Below, one piece after another: positions 29,178-39,526 of a stretch of 64,000 nt of DNA. Location: NCBI GenBank assembly GCA_944387405.1, contig CALXET010000003.1:143758-207757 (forward strand), read 5' to 3'. A program made the position numbers and the translations under genes. The notes under the pieces are model-generated. The model made no database searches and was not told the origin of the DNA. It saw only the letters and a list, made by a program, of their open reading frames with translations. Within the stretch, counting starts at the first letter, position 1. Each line of letters starts with the position of its first letter. This stretch comes from an uncultured Clostridia bacterium (GTDB lineage Bacteria; Bacillota; Clostridia; TANB77; CAG-508).

Positions 29178-29253
29178 GCACAAAATTAATATGAATTTAT
29201 CTTAACACTTAATATAAATTAATTCAATAGTTTTATAAAATTTATTTTTAAAT

Positions 29254-29844
29254 TTAATTTACTTGTAACATTGCATTCTTATCTATAGTAAGAATCTCAT
29301 TTCCGTTTTTTCCGATTGAAAATGAAACATTATAAGTTCCTCTATTTTGTTCAGCTTCTATTTCAGCCATATAACTTCTTATTACATTAACATATTCTTC
29401 TGTTTTATCTTCTGGAGTAATTTTTGAAAATTCTATTGCCAATATATCTCCATCTGAAGCGATATCTGCTATATCTTGATCATACTCATTTATTACAAGT
29501 TCCATTAATTCTTTTGTAATATCATAATTAATATTTGTACCTTCATAATTTTTAAGTGCTGATAAATCTATTGCTCTATTTTCATTTAGTACATATTCTC
29601 CTGTCCCATTTGTAACTTCATTTGAAGCAGTATTTGTCTCATTTGATACTTCATTTACTTGTGAAGTTGAATCAGCTGCATCAGATGTTTCTTCATTTTG
29701 ATCTTGATTGCCTTTTATATATTCTATTACTTCATTAAAAGAATATCCTTGAACAACAATTTTAAATCCAAAAAAACCTATAATTCCTACTATTAAAATT
29801 ATAATTAAAACTAAAAATATAGTAATAAGTCTATCTTTTATCAT
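29254..29844 (-). CDS. Membrane-anchored hypothetical protein
   Basis: 196 aa. The N-terminal TM helix is ITIFLVLIIILIVGIIGFFGF. An acidic Ser/Thr/Asn-rich linker is followed by a small C-terminal domain. Confidence 0.35.
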   Translation of the reverse strand: MIKDRLITIFLVLIIILIVGIIGFFGFKIVVQGYSFNEVIEYIKGNQDQNEETSDAADSTSQVNEVSNETNTASNEVTNGTGEYVLNENRAIDLSALKNYEGTNINYDITKELMELVINEYDQDIADIASDGDILAIEFSKITPEDKTEEYVNVIRSYMAEIEAEQNRGTYNVSFSIGKNGNEILTIDKNAMLQVN

Positions 29845-29934
29845 AATTAATTCCTCCTTAAATAAATTATTAAATTTATTTTAATTATATTTTTTTAATT
29901 ATTTTTAAATCATTTTATTATTTTTAATTGTTAA

Positions 29935-30798
29935 TTAATTTCTGTTTCTTTGTTTTACCGCTTCATAAATAATTATTCCTGCTGAAACTGAAGCATTTAA
30001 AGAAGTAATTTTTCCTTTCATAGGAATCTTTACTAGCATATCACAATTTTCTTTTACAAGTCTACTTATTCCAAAACCTTCACTTCCTATTACAATAGCT
30101 ATATCTCCTTTTAAATCTTGATTATAATAATATGTATTAGTATTCATATCTGTACCAATTATCCATAAACCATGTTCTTTTAATTTTCTTATAGTCTCAT
30201 TAATATTATTAACCCTAGCAATTTTCATATGCTCTACAGCTCCTGCTGATACTTTGCTTACTGTGCTATTTACAGTAACAGATCTTCTTTTAGGAATAAT
30301 TATACCATGTACTCCTGCTGTTTCTGCAGTTCTTATTATAGATCCCAAATTATGAGGATCTTCTATACCATCTAATATTAGTACGAATGCATCTTCATTT
30401 CTTTGCTTAGCTAAATCTAAAATATCTTCCACTTCACAATAATTAAATGGTGGTACTACAGCAATTACTCCTTGATGATTATTAGTTTTTGACATAAAAT
30501 CCAATTTTGATTTTTCAACTTCTGTAACTACTACTCTATTTTCTTTTGCAATGGCAATAATCTTATTGATTGAACCATGTTTTTCTCCTGCTTGTACAAA
30601 TATCTTATTTATATCCCTATCTGAATTTAGTAACTCTAATACTGCATTTCTTCCTTCCACAATATCATCATATGAATTTTCGTCATTTTCATAATAATTT
30701 CTTTTTTCATTATTATCATATGATTTATGCTTTCTATATCCATTATCATTTTGTCTTTTCTTATTTTTGCCTTCTTTAATATTATTTTTCATAAACAC
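29935..30798 (-). CDS. rlmB: 23S rRNA (guanosine-2'-O)-methyltransferase, SpoU/TrmH family (RlmB-like)
   Basis: SpoU motifs are present: LILDGIEDPHNLGSIIRTAETAGV, IVIGSEGFGISRL and KIPMKGKITSLNASVSAGIIIYE. There is a Lys/Asn-rich N-terminal extension. The ATG at 30792, 5 nt after the RBS AGGTAGAGG, is a more likely start than the GTG at 30798. Confidence 0.8.
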   Translation of the reverse strand: MFMKNNIKEGKNKKRQNDNGYRKHKSYDNNEKRNYYENDENSYDDIVEGRNAVLELLNSDRDINKIFVQAGEKHGSINKIIAIAKENRVVVTEVEKSKLDFMSKTNNHQGVIAVVPPFNYCEVEDILDLAKQRNEDAFVLILDGIEDPHNLGSIIRTAETAGVHGIIIPKRRSVTVNSTVSKVSAGAVEHMKIARVNNINETIRKLKEHGLWIIGTDMNTNTYYYNQDLKGDIAIVIGSEGFGISRLVKENCDMLVKIPMKGKITSLNASVSAGIIIYEAVKQRNRN

Positions 30799-30804
30799 CT
30801 CTAC

Positions 30805-31192
30805 CTATTTTTTAATTTGTTTAAAAGCTAAATCTAAATCTCCTTTTAAAGGAATTACATCCCATCCAATAAGTTCTTCTTCATATGGTTTATATATATC
30901 ATTTTTTAAAAAAACTTTTTTTCCGTTTAAAGAAGCCCATTGCAACTTCTGCAAAGCTATTAGCACCTATATAATTTTCTAAATCACCTTTTGTCTCATT
31001 TACGACTAATACTGCATCAGTTCTATCATCTGATATTTCTTTAAAATGTAACATTGAAGCATCTTTTTTACTCATGTCTACAATAAATTCTCTTGGCACT
31101 ACTGCTTCATATCCTCTATTTTTTAATTCTTCTCCTAGTCTTAATACTTCATCTTTAAATCTCTTACTTCCACATAAAACAACTCTTTTCAT
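30805..31192 (-). pseudogene. Small Rossmann-like protein (nucleoside 2-deoxyribosyltransferase-like fold, tentative) interrupted by a frameshift in an A7-G-T7 homopolymer
   Basis: The 97-aa ORF (MKRVVLCGSKRF...YIGANSFAEVAMGFFKRKKSFFKK*) stops inside the run AAAAAAAGTTTTTTT at about 30903-30917 (minus strand). The adjacent frame continues with a protein-like sequence (...NDIYKPYEEELIGWDVIPLKGDLDLAFKQIKK) to a TAG at 30805-30807, 10 nt before the rlmB RBS. Confidence 0.4.
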
Positions 31193-31195
31193 ATA

Positions 31196-33055
31196 TTATT
31201 CCTCCTCATCTAATTTTAGTACTGATAAAAATGCCTCTTGTGGAATTTCTACATTTCCAATTTGTCTCATTTTCTTCTTACCTTTTTTCTGCTTTTCTAA
31301 TAATTTTTTCTTTCTAGTTATATCTCCACCATAGCATTTTGCAAGTACATCTTTTCTCATTGCAGATAATGTTTCTCTTGCAATTATTTTTCCACTTACA
31401 ACTGCTTGGATTGGAATTTCAAATAGTTGTCTAGGAATTACTGTTTTTAATTTTTCTGCCATTTTTCTACCTCTTGTATAAGCAGAATCTTTATGAACAA
31501 TAAATGAAAGCGCATCTACTGCTTCATTATTAATATAAATATCTAATTTAACAAGCTCTGCTCTTCTGTACTCTTTAAATTCATAATCTACCGATGCATA
31601 TCCTTTTGTTTTTGATTTTAATGTATCAAAAAAGTCATATATTATTTCATTTAGAGGAAGTTCATATTCTAAAGTTACTCTATTTGAATCTAAATATTTC
31701 ATATCTATGTATTTTCCTCTTCTTTTTTGACATATATCCATTACATTTCCAACAAACTCTTTAGGAAGCATAATTTCTGCCTTTACTATTGGTTCTTCTA
31801 TATAACTTATTTCTTGAGTAGGAGGAAGATCTGTTGGATTATACAATTCTATAATATCACCATTGGTTTTATGTACTTTATATATAACAGATGGTGCAGT
31901 CGTAATTAGACCTAAATCAAACTCTCTTTCTAATCTTTCAATTACAATTTCTAAGTGTAACAATCCTAAAAATCCACATCTAAATCCAAATCCAAGTGCT
32001 ACAGATGTTTCTGGTTCATATTCTAATGCAGCATCATTTAATTTTAATTTTTCTAAAGCTGTTTTCAAATTCTCATATTCACTACCATCTAATGGATACA
32101 TTCCGCAATATACCATTGAATTTGCCTTCTTATATCCAGGAAGTGGTTTATCTGCTCTATCTAACTTATGTGTTATAGTATCTCCAACATGCAAATCTGA
32201 TACAGTTTTAACACTAGCCGCTATATAGCCTACTTCACCTGCTTTTAATTCTTTTGCAGGAATATATTCTCCTGCACCGAAATATCCTACTTCAGTAACA
32301 GTAAAAGATTTATTAGTTGCCATAAATAAAATTTCGTCTCCTTCTTTTACAGTACCTTCTTTTACTCTTACATAACTTATTGCACCTTTATAATTATCAT
32401 AAAAAGAATCAAATATTAAGCATTGTAATTTTCCATTCTCGTCTCCATCTGGTGGTCTAATATCAGTAACTATTCTTTCTAGCACTTCTTCAACATTTAG
32501 TCCAGATTTTGCAGATATACATGGTGCATCTTCTGCTGGAATTCCTATTATGTCTTCAATCTCTTTTTTTACTTCATCAGGCCTTGCGTTTGGCAAATCA
32601 ATTTTATTTATAACTGGAAGTATTTCTAAATTATTATCTAATGCTAGATATACATTTGCAAGAGTCTGTGCTTCTACACCTTGACTACTATCTACTACTA
32701 AAATTGCTCCTTCACATGCAGCTAAACTTCTTGATACTTCGTAATTAAAATCTACATGTCCTGGAGTATCTATTAAATTTAATATGTAAGTCTTTCCATC
32801 TTTTGCTTTATACTCCATTCTTACAGCTTGTGATTTAATAGTAATTCCTCTTTCTTTTTCTATATCCATATTATCTAACACTTGACTTTCCATTTCTCTT
32901 TTAGATAATACTCCTGTCATTTCTATTAACCTATCTGCTAAAGTTGATTTCCCATGATCAATATGTGCTATTATACTAAAATTTCTGATTAACTCTTGTT
33001 TATGCACTTTATATCCCTTTCCTTGATTTAAACTTTTGCTATTATATTTTAACAT
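31196..33055 (-). CDS. lepA: Elongation factor 4 (LepA)
   Basis: The G domain motifs are [17 protein letters not shown] and NKID. The LepA-specific C-terminal domain is present. The annotated ORF probably starts about 20 codons too early. Confidence 0.9.
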   Translation of the reverse strand: MLKYNSKSLNQGKGYKVHKQELIRNFSIIAHIDHGKSTLADRLIEMTGVLSKREMESQVLDNMDIEKERGITIKSQAVRMEYKAKDGKTYILNLIDTPGHVDFNYEVSRSLAACEGAILVVDSSQGVEAQTLANVYLALDNNLEILPVINKIDLPNARPDEVKKEIEDIIGIPAEDAPCISAKSGLNVEEVLERIVTDIRPPDGDENGKLQCLIFDSFYDNYKGAISYVRVKEGTVKEGDEILFMATNKSFTVTEVGYFGAGEYIPAKELKAGEVGYIAASVKTVSDLHVGDTITHKLDRADKPLPGYKKANSMVYCGMYPLDGSEYENLKTALEKLKLNDAALEYEPETSVALGFGFRCGFLGLLHLEIVIERLEREFDLGLITTAPSVIYKVHKTNGDIIELYNPTDLPPTQEISYIEEPIVKAEIMLPKEFVGNVMDICQKRRGKYIDMKYLDSNRVTLEYELPLNEIIYDFFDTLKSKTKGYASVDYEFKEYRRAELVKLDIYINNEAVDALSFIVHKDSAYTRGRKMAEKLKTVIPRQLFEIPIQAVVSGKIIARETLSAMRKDVLAKCYGGDITRKKKLLEKQKKGKKKMRQIGNVEIPQEAFLSVLKLDEEE

Positions 33056-33087
33056 AGTATTTCGATAAATGGCAATATATCAATAAT

Positions 33088-33139
33088 AAATAAAAATAAA
33101 AATATTCTAATCATATTTATTTATAATTAGAATATTTTT
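33088..33139. terminator. Inverted repeat (aaaaatattctaat ... attagaatattttt) with a 24-nt loop; a possible terminator between the 190-aa gene and lepA
   Basis: A 13/14-bp AT-rich stem. The long loop makes a functional call uncertain. Confidence 0.3.
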
Positions 33140-33178
33140 ATTTAATTTTATCTTATTTTCTTATTTATTTTTACCAAT

Positions 33179-33751
33179 TTATATTATAAACCAAATTGCC
33201 CCACTTGGAATTGCATATAATACCCATCCAGCTGCAACAACCCAAGCCCAACCTGGAATATTATAGTCATTAACATCTATTGGTTTGAATCCTTCACTCT
33301 CATCAATTAAAGATTTAATTTTATCAATTGCATCATCTATAATTGTTCTTTCAATTGGAGCTTCATCAGTAAAGTCTACCTTATAATTATCTATTCCATC
33401 TGCAGTAAATTTTGTTGTAAATTCCCTAGATTCTCCTGGTGCTATATCATTTACTGTCATATATCTTGTTTGAAGTAATATATCTCCATCATAAGCTCTA
33501 ATTCTAATATATTTTCTTGCAATTGTAGAAGATGAGGTATTTACTACTCTACCTGTAAAACTACCTTGTCTTCTATTTGCCTTTACCTCCACTGTTTCTA
33601 CATTTAATCCTTCTTCTGATTTTGTAATTTCTGTAGTGTTTGACAAATTATTATATGAATTATTAAGGATTACATCTGCTGCAAATGTTGAGAAAAAGAA
33701 AAACGCTACTACTACAAGTACATATGTCCCCAACGTTTTTAATCTACTCAT
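33179..33751 (-). CDS. Secreted or membrane-anchored hypothetical protein
   Basis: 190 aa. There is an N-terminal signal/TM segment (LGTYVLVVVAFFFFSTFA) and a C-terminal hydrophobic Trp-rich tail (GWAWVVAAGWVLYAIPSGAIWFII). Confidence 0.35.
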   Translation of the reverse strand: MSRLKTLGTYVLVVVAFFFFSTFAADVILNNSYNNLSNTTEITKSEEGLNVETVEVKANRRQGSFTGRVVNTSSSTIARKYIRIRAYDGDILLQTRYMTVNDIAPGESREFTTKFTADGIDNYKVDFTDEAPIERTIIDDAIDKIKSLIDESEGFKPIDVNDYNIPGWAWVVAAGWVLYAIPSGAIWFII

Positions 33752-33888
33752 AAAAACTCCTCCCGATTTTTTCCAAATACTATTTAATTATACCACACTT
33801 TTACCTATTTTTCAATAATTTTACTTTATACACGTAGTATATTAGATATTGTTTTATATTTCTCTTTATTTCTCTTTAATTTTATAAT

Positions 33889-36800
33889 TTATATTAATTT
33901 AATTTCTCTACTTTGTGAAATAGAATAAATATATACATCCTTAATTTCAGTACTTAAAGCACTTTCAAGAGCCTTTCTATAAAGATCTAATTGAATTTTA
34001 TATTTTTCTTTTATTTCTAAATCATCTTTAAAATAATCAGTCTTATAATCAACTAAAACAATATTACCATCTTTTTCTTTAAAATATAAATCAATAATAC
34101 CTTGAACTAATATATTTTCTTTAGAATTATTTTCAAAAACTTCAGAAGCTTTAACATATGTATAAAAAGGTTTTTCTTTTTCTATAATTTCTGCTTTTCT
34201 TATTCTTTCTGCAAAGTCTGAATTTACAAATTTATATATTTTATCTATTTGTATAGTATTTTTTTCTTCTTCTGTAATTATTTTATCATGAACCATTTTA
34301 TTAACAAACTCTTTTATTTCGTCTAAAGAATATTTTCTTTTTAAATCTAACTTTTGAAAACATAAATGCATCAAAGTACCTCTCTGTGCTGCTGTAATCT
34401 TACTATCTTGCATAAATTTTGGTTTAATCTCTAAAACTTCTTTTTCAAATTTATCTATTACATCATCACTTAAGTTTCCTATATTGCTTTCTAGTTCATC
34501 TTTATTTTCTAAACTTTCCTTTATAACTTGTTCTTTATTTTCTGCATTTATTATTTCTTTAATCTTTGTAATTGAAGTTTTACTAGGAATAAGTGTATCT
34601 TCTATATTTTCATATTTCCAATTCAAAAGTTCATCTACTTTTTCAAGATTTTTATTATCAGAAAAAGCTATTCTAGTAATACTTTTATTCTCTTCTGTTT
34701 CAAAAGTAATTTCTTTTTCATTTATAACTTTAAGATCTATATAATCTCCTATATTATCTTTATTATTTAAATAAACAAGCTCTATCCAATCTAGATATGA
34801 AATATATTTTTGAATTAATAAATGATTAATCTTATTATTATCATTTTCGTAAATATTTAATAATTCCTTTTTATTTTCAAAGTCTTTTTCGAAATCGTTT
34901 TTTACTCCTGTAATAATTAGTTTTTCTTTTGCTCTTGTTAAAGCAACATATAAAACTCTCATCTCTTCTGATATGCTATCTATTTTAGATTTTAATCTGA
35001 TTGATTCTCTAGCTAAAGTATTATATTCAATCTTTCTTTCATAATTTATATATTTAGGTCCAAGCCCTATATCTTGATCTAATAAAATATTTTCATTTAA
35101 AGACCTCATATTAATTTGTTTGTCACTTCTTGCTAAAAAAACTACAGGGAATTCTAATCCTTTACTTTTATGGATACTCATTATTCTTACTACATTTTCG
35201 TTTTCTCCAATAATCTTAGCAGCTCCCATATCATTATTTGATTTCTTTATCTTCTCTAAATATTTAATAAAATTAAATAATCCTTTAAAACTTACTTTTT
35301 CATAATCTTTAGCTTTCTCAAATAAAAGTTTAAGATTTGCTTGCTTTAATTCTCCATTTTTAGTAAGCCCAACATAACTATAATATCCAGTATCTATATA
35401 TATTTTCCAGATAAGTTCATTTAAACTTAGATATTTTTCTTCTTCTCTCCATTTTCTTAGATTTTTGATAAAATTATCAATTTTTGTTTTAGTTATATTT
35501 TCTATATCCTTACTATTTAATGCTTCTTCTAATGAAGTATAAAAATAACAATTTCTATTTACTAGTCTAATTGATGTAATTTCATCATCAGAAAAATCAC
35601 ATATTGGTGATCTTAGTACAGATAAAAGTGGAATATCTTGATATGGATTATCTATTACTTTTAAAAGTGAAATTACCTTTTGTATCTCTAAAGATTCTAA
35701 ATAGTCATCACTTGTATCACTAAAAACAGGGATTCCAATATCGTATAATTCTTTTTCAAAAATATTGCTAACAGAAGATGTTGCTCTTAACAAGATTACA
35801 ATATCTCTATATTTTATATTTCTATATCCTTCTTTTTTATCAAAAACTTTATAATTGCTATCAATTAATTTCTTTATTTCGTAAGCAACATATTTTGCTT
35901 CAAGTTCTGCCTTTTCTAGTTTTCTTTCTTCATTGCTTTCATCTACACTTATAGAATCTTTTATTTCTTCATCTTCTAAGTCTTTATAAATATCTTCTTT
36001 TTCTTCGTCTTGTTTTAAATCTATTACATGTAATTCTACTTTTCCTGCATAATTAATATCTTCTTCAGGATCTTCAAAATTAGCTGAAAAATTAAGATAT
36101 TCTTCTTCATTATAATCAATATCTCCTAAACTTTTACTCATTATATTGCTAAAGATTAAGTTTGTAATATCTAATATAGATTTTCTACTTCTAAAGTTTT
36201 TAAAAAGCTGAATTTTAGTTCCATACTCATTTGTATCTACACCATATTTTTCGTATTTATCTAAGAATAATTCTGGTCTGGCTTGTCTAAATTTATAGAT
36301 ACTTTGCTTTACATCTCCTACCATAAATATATTTTTTCCATTAGAAATTGATGTTAATATATATTCTTGAACTAAATTACTATCTTGGTATTCATCGATT
36401 GCTATTTCTTCAAATTTATCTCTTAATTTTAAAGCCACATCACTTGGTTTTCTTTTTCCTGAATCATCTTTTTTCATCAATATATTTAATGCACTATGTT
36501 CAATATCACCAAATTCCATTATGTTTTTTTCTTTTTTCTTCTCATTATAAATATTAGTAAATTTATTTACTAATTCTCCTATTGACTTTAAAGTACTATA
36601 CATTGAATATATATCCTCATAAGCTTCTTTTGATTTATATACAAATGTTTTTCCTGTTATTTTTTTAAATTTATCTTTTATGTGATCTCTTGCAGATTTT
36701 GCAATATCTTTTATATCCATAACTATTTTCTTATCTGAAGGCCAAGTTTTAAATTTTAAATTATTTACAACTTCATAAGCTTCATCCCATGAATATAATG

Positions 36801-37587
36801 AATTCACTACATTTTCTAAAGATTCTATATCATCTAGAAGTACTAATACATATTTTTCAAGTTCTGCGTATTTGGAAATTTTTGATTTAATCAATTTCAA
36901 ATTATTAATTTCATCTATAATTTCATTCTTATAATTTTCAATTAAAATTTTACCCCAAATAGAATCTATAAAATCTTTATCTATTTTACTTTCAACATTA
37001 AATTCTTCAATTTTAGAATTCAACCATTCTTCAGGATATGGATTACTTTGTATTTGATCATATATTCTAAGTACTAAATCTTTTAAATTTTCATCTCCTC
37101 TATATGTTGCATATGTATTAATTAAGTCAATAAAGTTATTATCTTTGTTTAAATATAATTCTTCAAATAAATCTTCTAAAGCCTCTTGCTTTAGAATTTC
37201 TAATTCTGTATTATCAGCAATTCTGAAATTAGGTGATATTCCTATTTCATAAAAATTATTTTTTACTATATCTAAGCAAAATGAATCTATAGTACAAATA
37301 CTTGCTTTATTTAGAAACACAATTTGTCTTTGTAGATGTATATTGTTAGGATCTTCATCAATTTTCTTATATAGAGCATTTAAAATTCTCTCTCTCATCT
37401 CTGATGCCGCAGCATTAGTAAACGTTACAATTAAAAGTTTATCAATATCTATTCTATTATTTATAATTTTCTGAATAATTCTCTCTACTAATACTGTTGT
37501 TTTACCACTTCCTGCAGCAGCTGCTACTAAAATATTAGAACCATTTTCTTCAATTGCTCTTTTTTGTTCTTTAGTCCACTCTGGCAT
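33889..37587 (-). CDS. addA: ATP-dependent helicase/nuclease subunit A (AddA; UvrD-like helicase with a C-terminal PD-(D/E)xK nuclease)
   Basis: 1232 aa. The N-terminal region is TKEQKRAIEENGSNILVAAAAGSGKTTVLVERI. The UvrD motifs are present throughout. The C-terminal nuclease motif is GIIDLYFKEKDGNIVLVDYKTD. Confidence 0.9.
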   Translation of the reverse strand: MPEWTKEQKRAIEENGSNILVAAAAGSGKTTVLVERIIQKIINNRIDIDKLLIVTFTNAAASEMRERILNALYKKIDEDPNNIHLQRQIVFLNKASICTIDSFCLDIVKNNFYEIGISPNFRIADNTELEILKQEALEDLFEELYLNKDNNFIDLINTYATYRGDENLKDLVLRIYDQIQSNPYPEEWLNSKIEEFNVESKIDKDFIDSIWGKILIENYKNEIIDEINNLKLIKSKISKYAELEKYVLVLLDDIESLENVVNSLYSWDEAYEVVNNLKFKTWPSDKKIVMDIKDIAKSARDHIKDKFKKITGKTFVYKSKEAYEDIYSMYSTLKSIGELVNKFTNIYNEKKKEKNIMEFGDIEHSALNILMKKDDSGKRKPSDVALKLRDKFEEIAIDEYQDSNLVQEYILTSISNGKNIFMVGDVKQSIYKFRQARPELFLDKYEKYGVDTNEYGTKIQLFKNFRSRKSILDITNLIFSNIMSKSLGDIDYNEEEYLNFSANFEDPEEDINYAGKVELHVIDLKQDEEKEDIYKDLEDEEIKDSISVDESNEERKLEKAELEAKYVAYEIKKLIDSNYKVFDKKEGYRNIKYRDIVILLRATSSVSNIFEKELYDIGIPVFSDTSDDYLESLEIQKVISLLKVIDNPYQDIPLLSVLRSPICDFSDDEITSIRLVNRNCYFYTSLEEALNSKDIENITKTKIDNFIKNLRKWREEEKYLSLNELIWKIYIDTGYYSYVGLTKNGELKQANLKLLFEKAKDYEKVSFKGLFNFIKYLEKIKKSNNDMGAAKIIGENENVVRIMSIHKSKGLEFPVVFLARSDKQINMRSLNENILLDQDIGLGPKYINYERKIEYNTLARESIRLKSKIDSISEEMRVLYVALTRAKEKLIITGVKNDFEKDFENKKELLNIYENDNNKINHLLIQKYISYLDWIELVYLNNKDNIGDYIDLKVINEKEITFETEENKSITRIAFSDNKNLEKVDELLNWKYENIEDTLIPSKTSITKIKEIINAENKEQVIKESLENKDELESNIGNLSDDVIDKFEKEVLEIKPKFMQDSKITAAQRGTLMHLCFQKLDLKRKYSLDEIKEFVNKMVHDKIITEEEKNTIQIDKIYKFVNSDFAERIRKAEIIEKEKPFYTYVKASEVFENNSKENILVQGIIDLYFKEKDGNIVLVDYKTDYFKDDLEIKEKYKIQLDLYRKALESALSTEIKDVYIYSISQSREIKLI

Positions 37588-37638
37588 TTTTATCTCCTTA
37601 CTCTAAAAATCATGCTTTTACTAGCTTAATTCATAACA

Positions 37639-37866
37639 TTATTTATCTTTTTTTAACATGTCTTTTAACTTTTTTAATTTCTCTCTTCTTCTTTTTGTTT
37701 CTTCTTTATCAATTGTAATTATATTATCTTCTGAAACAGTTATAATATCTCCATCTTTTGCTTCTTTTGGAAAGTTTGTTCTTTCGATATTTTCTATTTT
37801 TCCTGTATTATAATCTTCTACTACTGCAAAATTTTCTTCAAATCTATCTATTATATATTTTTTCAT
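37639..37866 (-). CDS. DUF3006-family small protein
   Basis: 75 aa. MKKYIIDRFEENFAVVEDYNTGKIENIER resembles the DUF3006 N-terminal pattern. Confidence 0.4.
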   Translation of the reverse strand: MKKYIIDRFEENFAVVEDYNTGKIENIERTNFPKEAKDGDIITVSEDNIITIDKEETKRRREKLKKLKDMLKKDK

Positions 37867-38004
37867 AATATTTTAAATCTCCTTAAATATTATTTATCCT
37901 CATTTTATATCTAAATTTCCTAAACTTCTTTTTCACATTATACTTTATTAACTTTATTTTTTCAATTTATTATTTTTTAATCTAATATCTTATAAATATG
38001 AAAT

Positions 38005-38027
38005 GGGTTCCCTGAACCAGGGAACCC
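38005..38027 (-). terminator. Perfect GC-rich hairpin (gggttccctg-aac-cagggaaccc) 8 nt downstream of the HNH gene stop
   Basis: A 10-bp perfect stem with a 3-nt loop. It is GC-rich in an AT-rich background and is followed by a T-rich stretch on the minus-strand transcript. Confidence 0.5.
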
Positions 38028-38035
38028 ACAAGAAG

Positions 38036-38695
38036 TTAACGCAACTTCACGAAAACATTGTCCAGTTTTATAACTTGGACATACTCAAAACCGAAATCAA
38101 CAGCAACCCAATAAATAGTGTTTCCTTCAAGTAGCACATCATTTGCAGAAACAACAATTGGATTTGGCAAATGACCATACCTCTCAACAAAGTGAGTAAC
38201 TCTTTGGTACTTTTTCTGGTTTCTACCATCATCTGGGATTGGTCTTGCGATGATATCTTTAATATCCATCGAAGTTGTCCAATTCCTTGGAAGATCAAAA
38301 CCTCTTTGAAATCTAATCTTTCTTTTTTTCCGATAGATGCTCATTCTGTAGCGTTTTCCATCTTTTTCGTTCATAGTCCTAAAAACCTTAAACTCATAAT
38401 AGTTCAAGTCGCTTTTTTTATTATTGCAACTCTTACATGCTGGAGTCAGATTTGTAGGAATAGATACACCTCCAAAGAACCTAGGAAACATATGATCCAA
38501 AGTCATCTTTGATTTTTTGACGGTCTTTCCACAGTAAGTGCACACTTTTCTACCATTCAGAGCATAACATAAATCATACGCCAACTTTTCCCAAGAAATT
38601 AAGCCGTTAATATATAAGGTATTTTTTCTTACATAGGCACTTGCGGTCCGGTCATTGGTATAATATATGAATTTGCTCGGTAAAGGTATTTTCAT
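38036..38695 (-). CDS. HNH endonuclease family protein (GC-elevated, probably horizontally acquired)
   Basis: 219 aa. The HNH/zinc motif is CTYCGK...LDHMFPRFFGG...CKSCNNKKSD. The CDS is about 38% GC, above the roughly 25% background, by eye. Confidence 0.75.
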   Translation of the reverse strand: MKIPLPSKFIYYTNDRTASAYVRKNTLYINGLISWEKLAYDLCYALNGRKVCTYCGKTVKKSKMTLDHMFPRFFGGVSIPTNLTPACKSCNNKKSDLNYYEFKVFRTMNEKDGKRYRMSIYRKKRKIRFQRGFDLPRNWTTSMDIKDIIARPIPDDGRNQKKYQRVTHFVERYGHLPNPIVVSANDVLLEGNTIYWVAVDFGFEYVQVIKLDNVFVKLR

Positions 38696-38863
38696 ACATT
38701 ACCACCTCTTTCTATTATTTTCTGCTTGCATAGTATCACGTTTTTATTTTTAATTCAACAATATTCGTCATTATTTTTAATAAAACTTATTAAACAATTT
38801 CTTTTGTTGAATTTATTATAAATTTATAATATACTCTTATATATTTATTATGGAGGAAAATTA

Positions 38864-39502
38864 ATGAACAATTTTGACTTATCTATTTATAATTTTATAT
38901 ACGGATTAAATAGTCCAGGTTTAACAATGTTTATGAGAGTAATTTCCAGTCTTGGATCTGCTATTGTAATAATTACTGCACTTTTGTGTATTTTTTTACT
39001 ATTTAAAGATAAAAAAATATTTTTACAATTTTTCACCTTAACAATAGTTACTAAAGTAATTAATCATATAATTAAAATTATCGTAAAAAGAGAAAGACCT
39101 AATGTTTTAACTTCTATATCTGTAGAATCGGGATATAGCTTTCCTAGCGCTCATACTATGATTTCTACAGTATTCTATGGCTTTATTATTTATTTAATAA
39201 TGAAAAATGTAAAAAATAAAAAAATAAAAAATATTTCTATTATATCTCTTTTTATAATTATATTCTTAATTGGTATTAGTAGGATTTATTTAGGTGTACA
39301 TTATGCAACAGATGTTATCTTCGGATTTATTTTTGGATTTATAATTTTATTTATATTTATAAATTTAATTTATAAGAAAAGTAGAAAAAATATTTCATTT
39401 GAATTAAATAATGATTCAAAAAAATCTGAAAACATAAATAAAATTAATAGAACAATAAAATCAAGTAACAAAAGGGAAAATAAAATTAAGAATAAAAAAT
39501 AA
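38864..39502 (+). CDS. PAP2-family membrane phosphatase (undecaprenyl-diphosphate phosphatase-like)
   Basis: 212 aa. The PAP2 motifs are KxxxxxxRP (KIIVKRERPN), PSGH (SFPSAHT) and SRxxxxxHxxxD (SRIYLGVHYATDV). There are several TM helices. Confidence 0.8.
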   Translation: MNNFDLSIYNFIYGLNSPGLTMFMRVISSLGSAIVIITALLCIFLLFKDKKIFLQFFTLTIVTKVINHIIKIIVKRERPNVLTSISVESGYSFPSAHTMISTVFYGFIIYLIMKNVKNKKIKNISIISLFIIIFLIGISRIYLGVHYATDVIFGFIFGFIILFIFINLIYKKSRKNISFELNNDSKKSENINKINRTIKSSNKRENKIKNKK

Positions 39503-39526
39503 AATTATTAGGCATATATTTCTAAT

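Noticed and set aside
30899-31192. Considered whether the small gene upstream of rlmB is mini-RNase III (mrnC), as in the Bacillus cysS-mrnC-rlmB arrangement
   Set aside because: No RNase III signature (ERLEFLGDA) is present. The sequence looks Rossmann-like instead, and the upstream neighbour is lepA rather than cysS.
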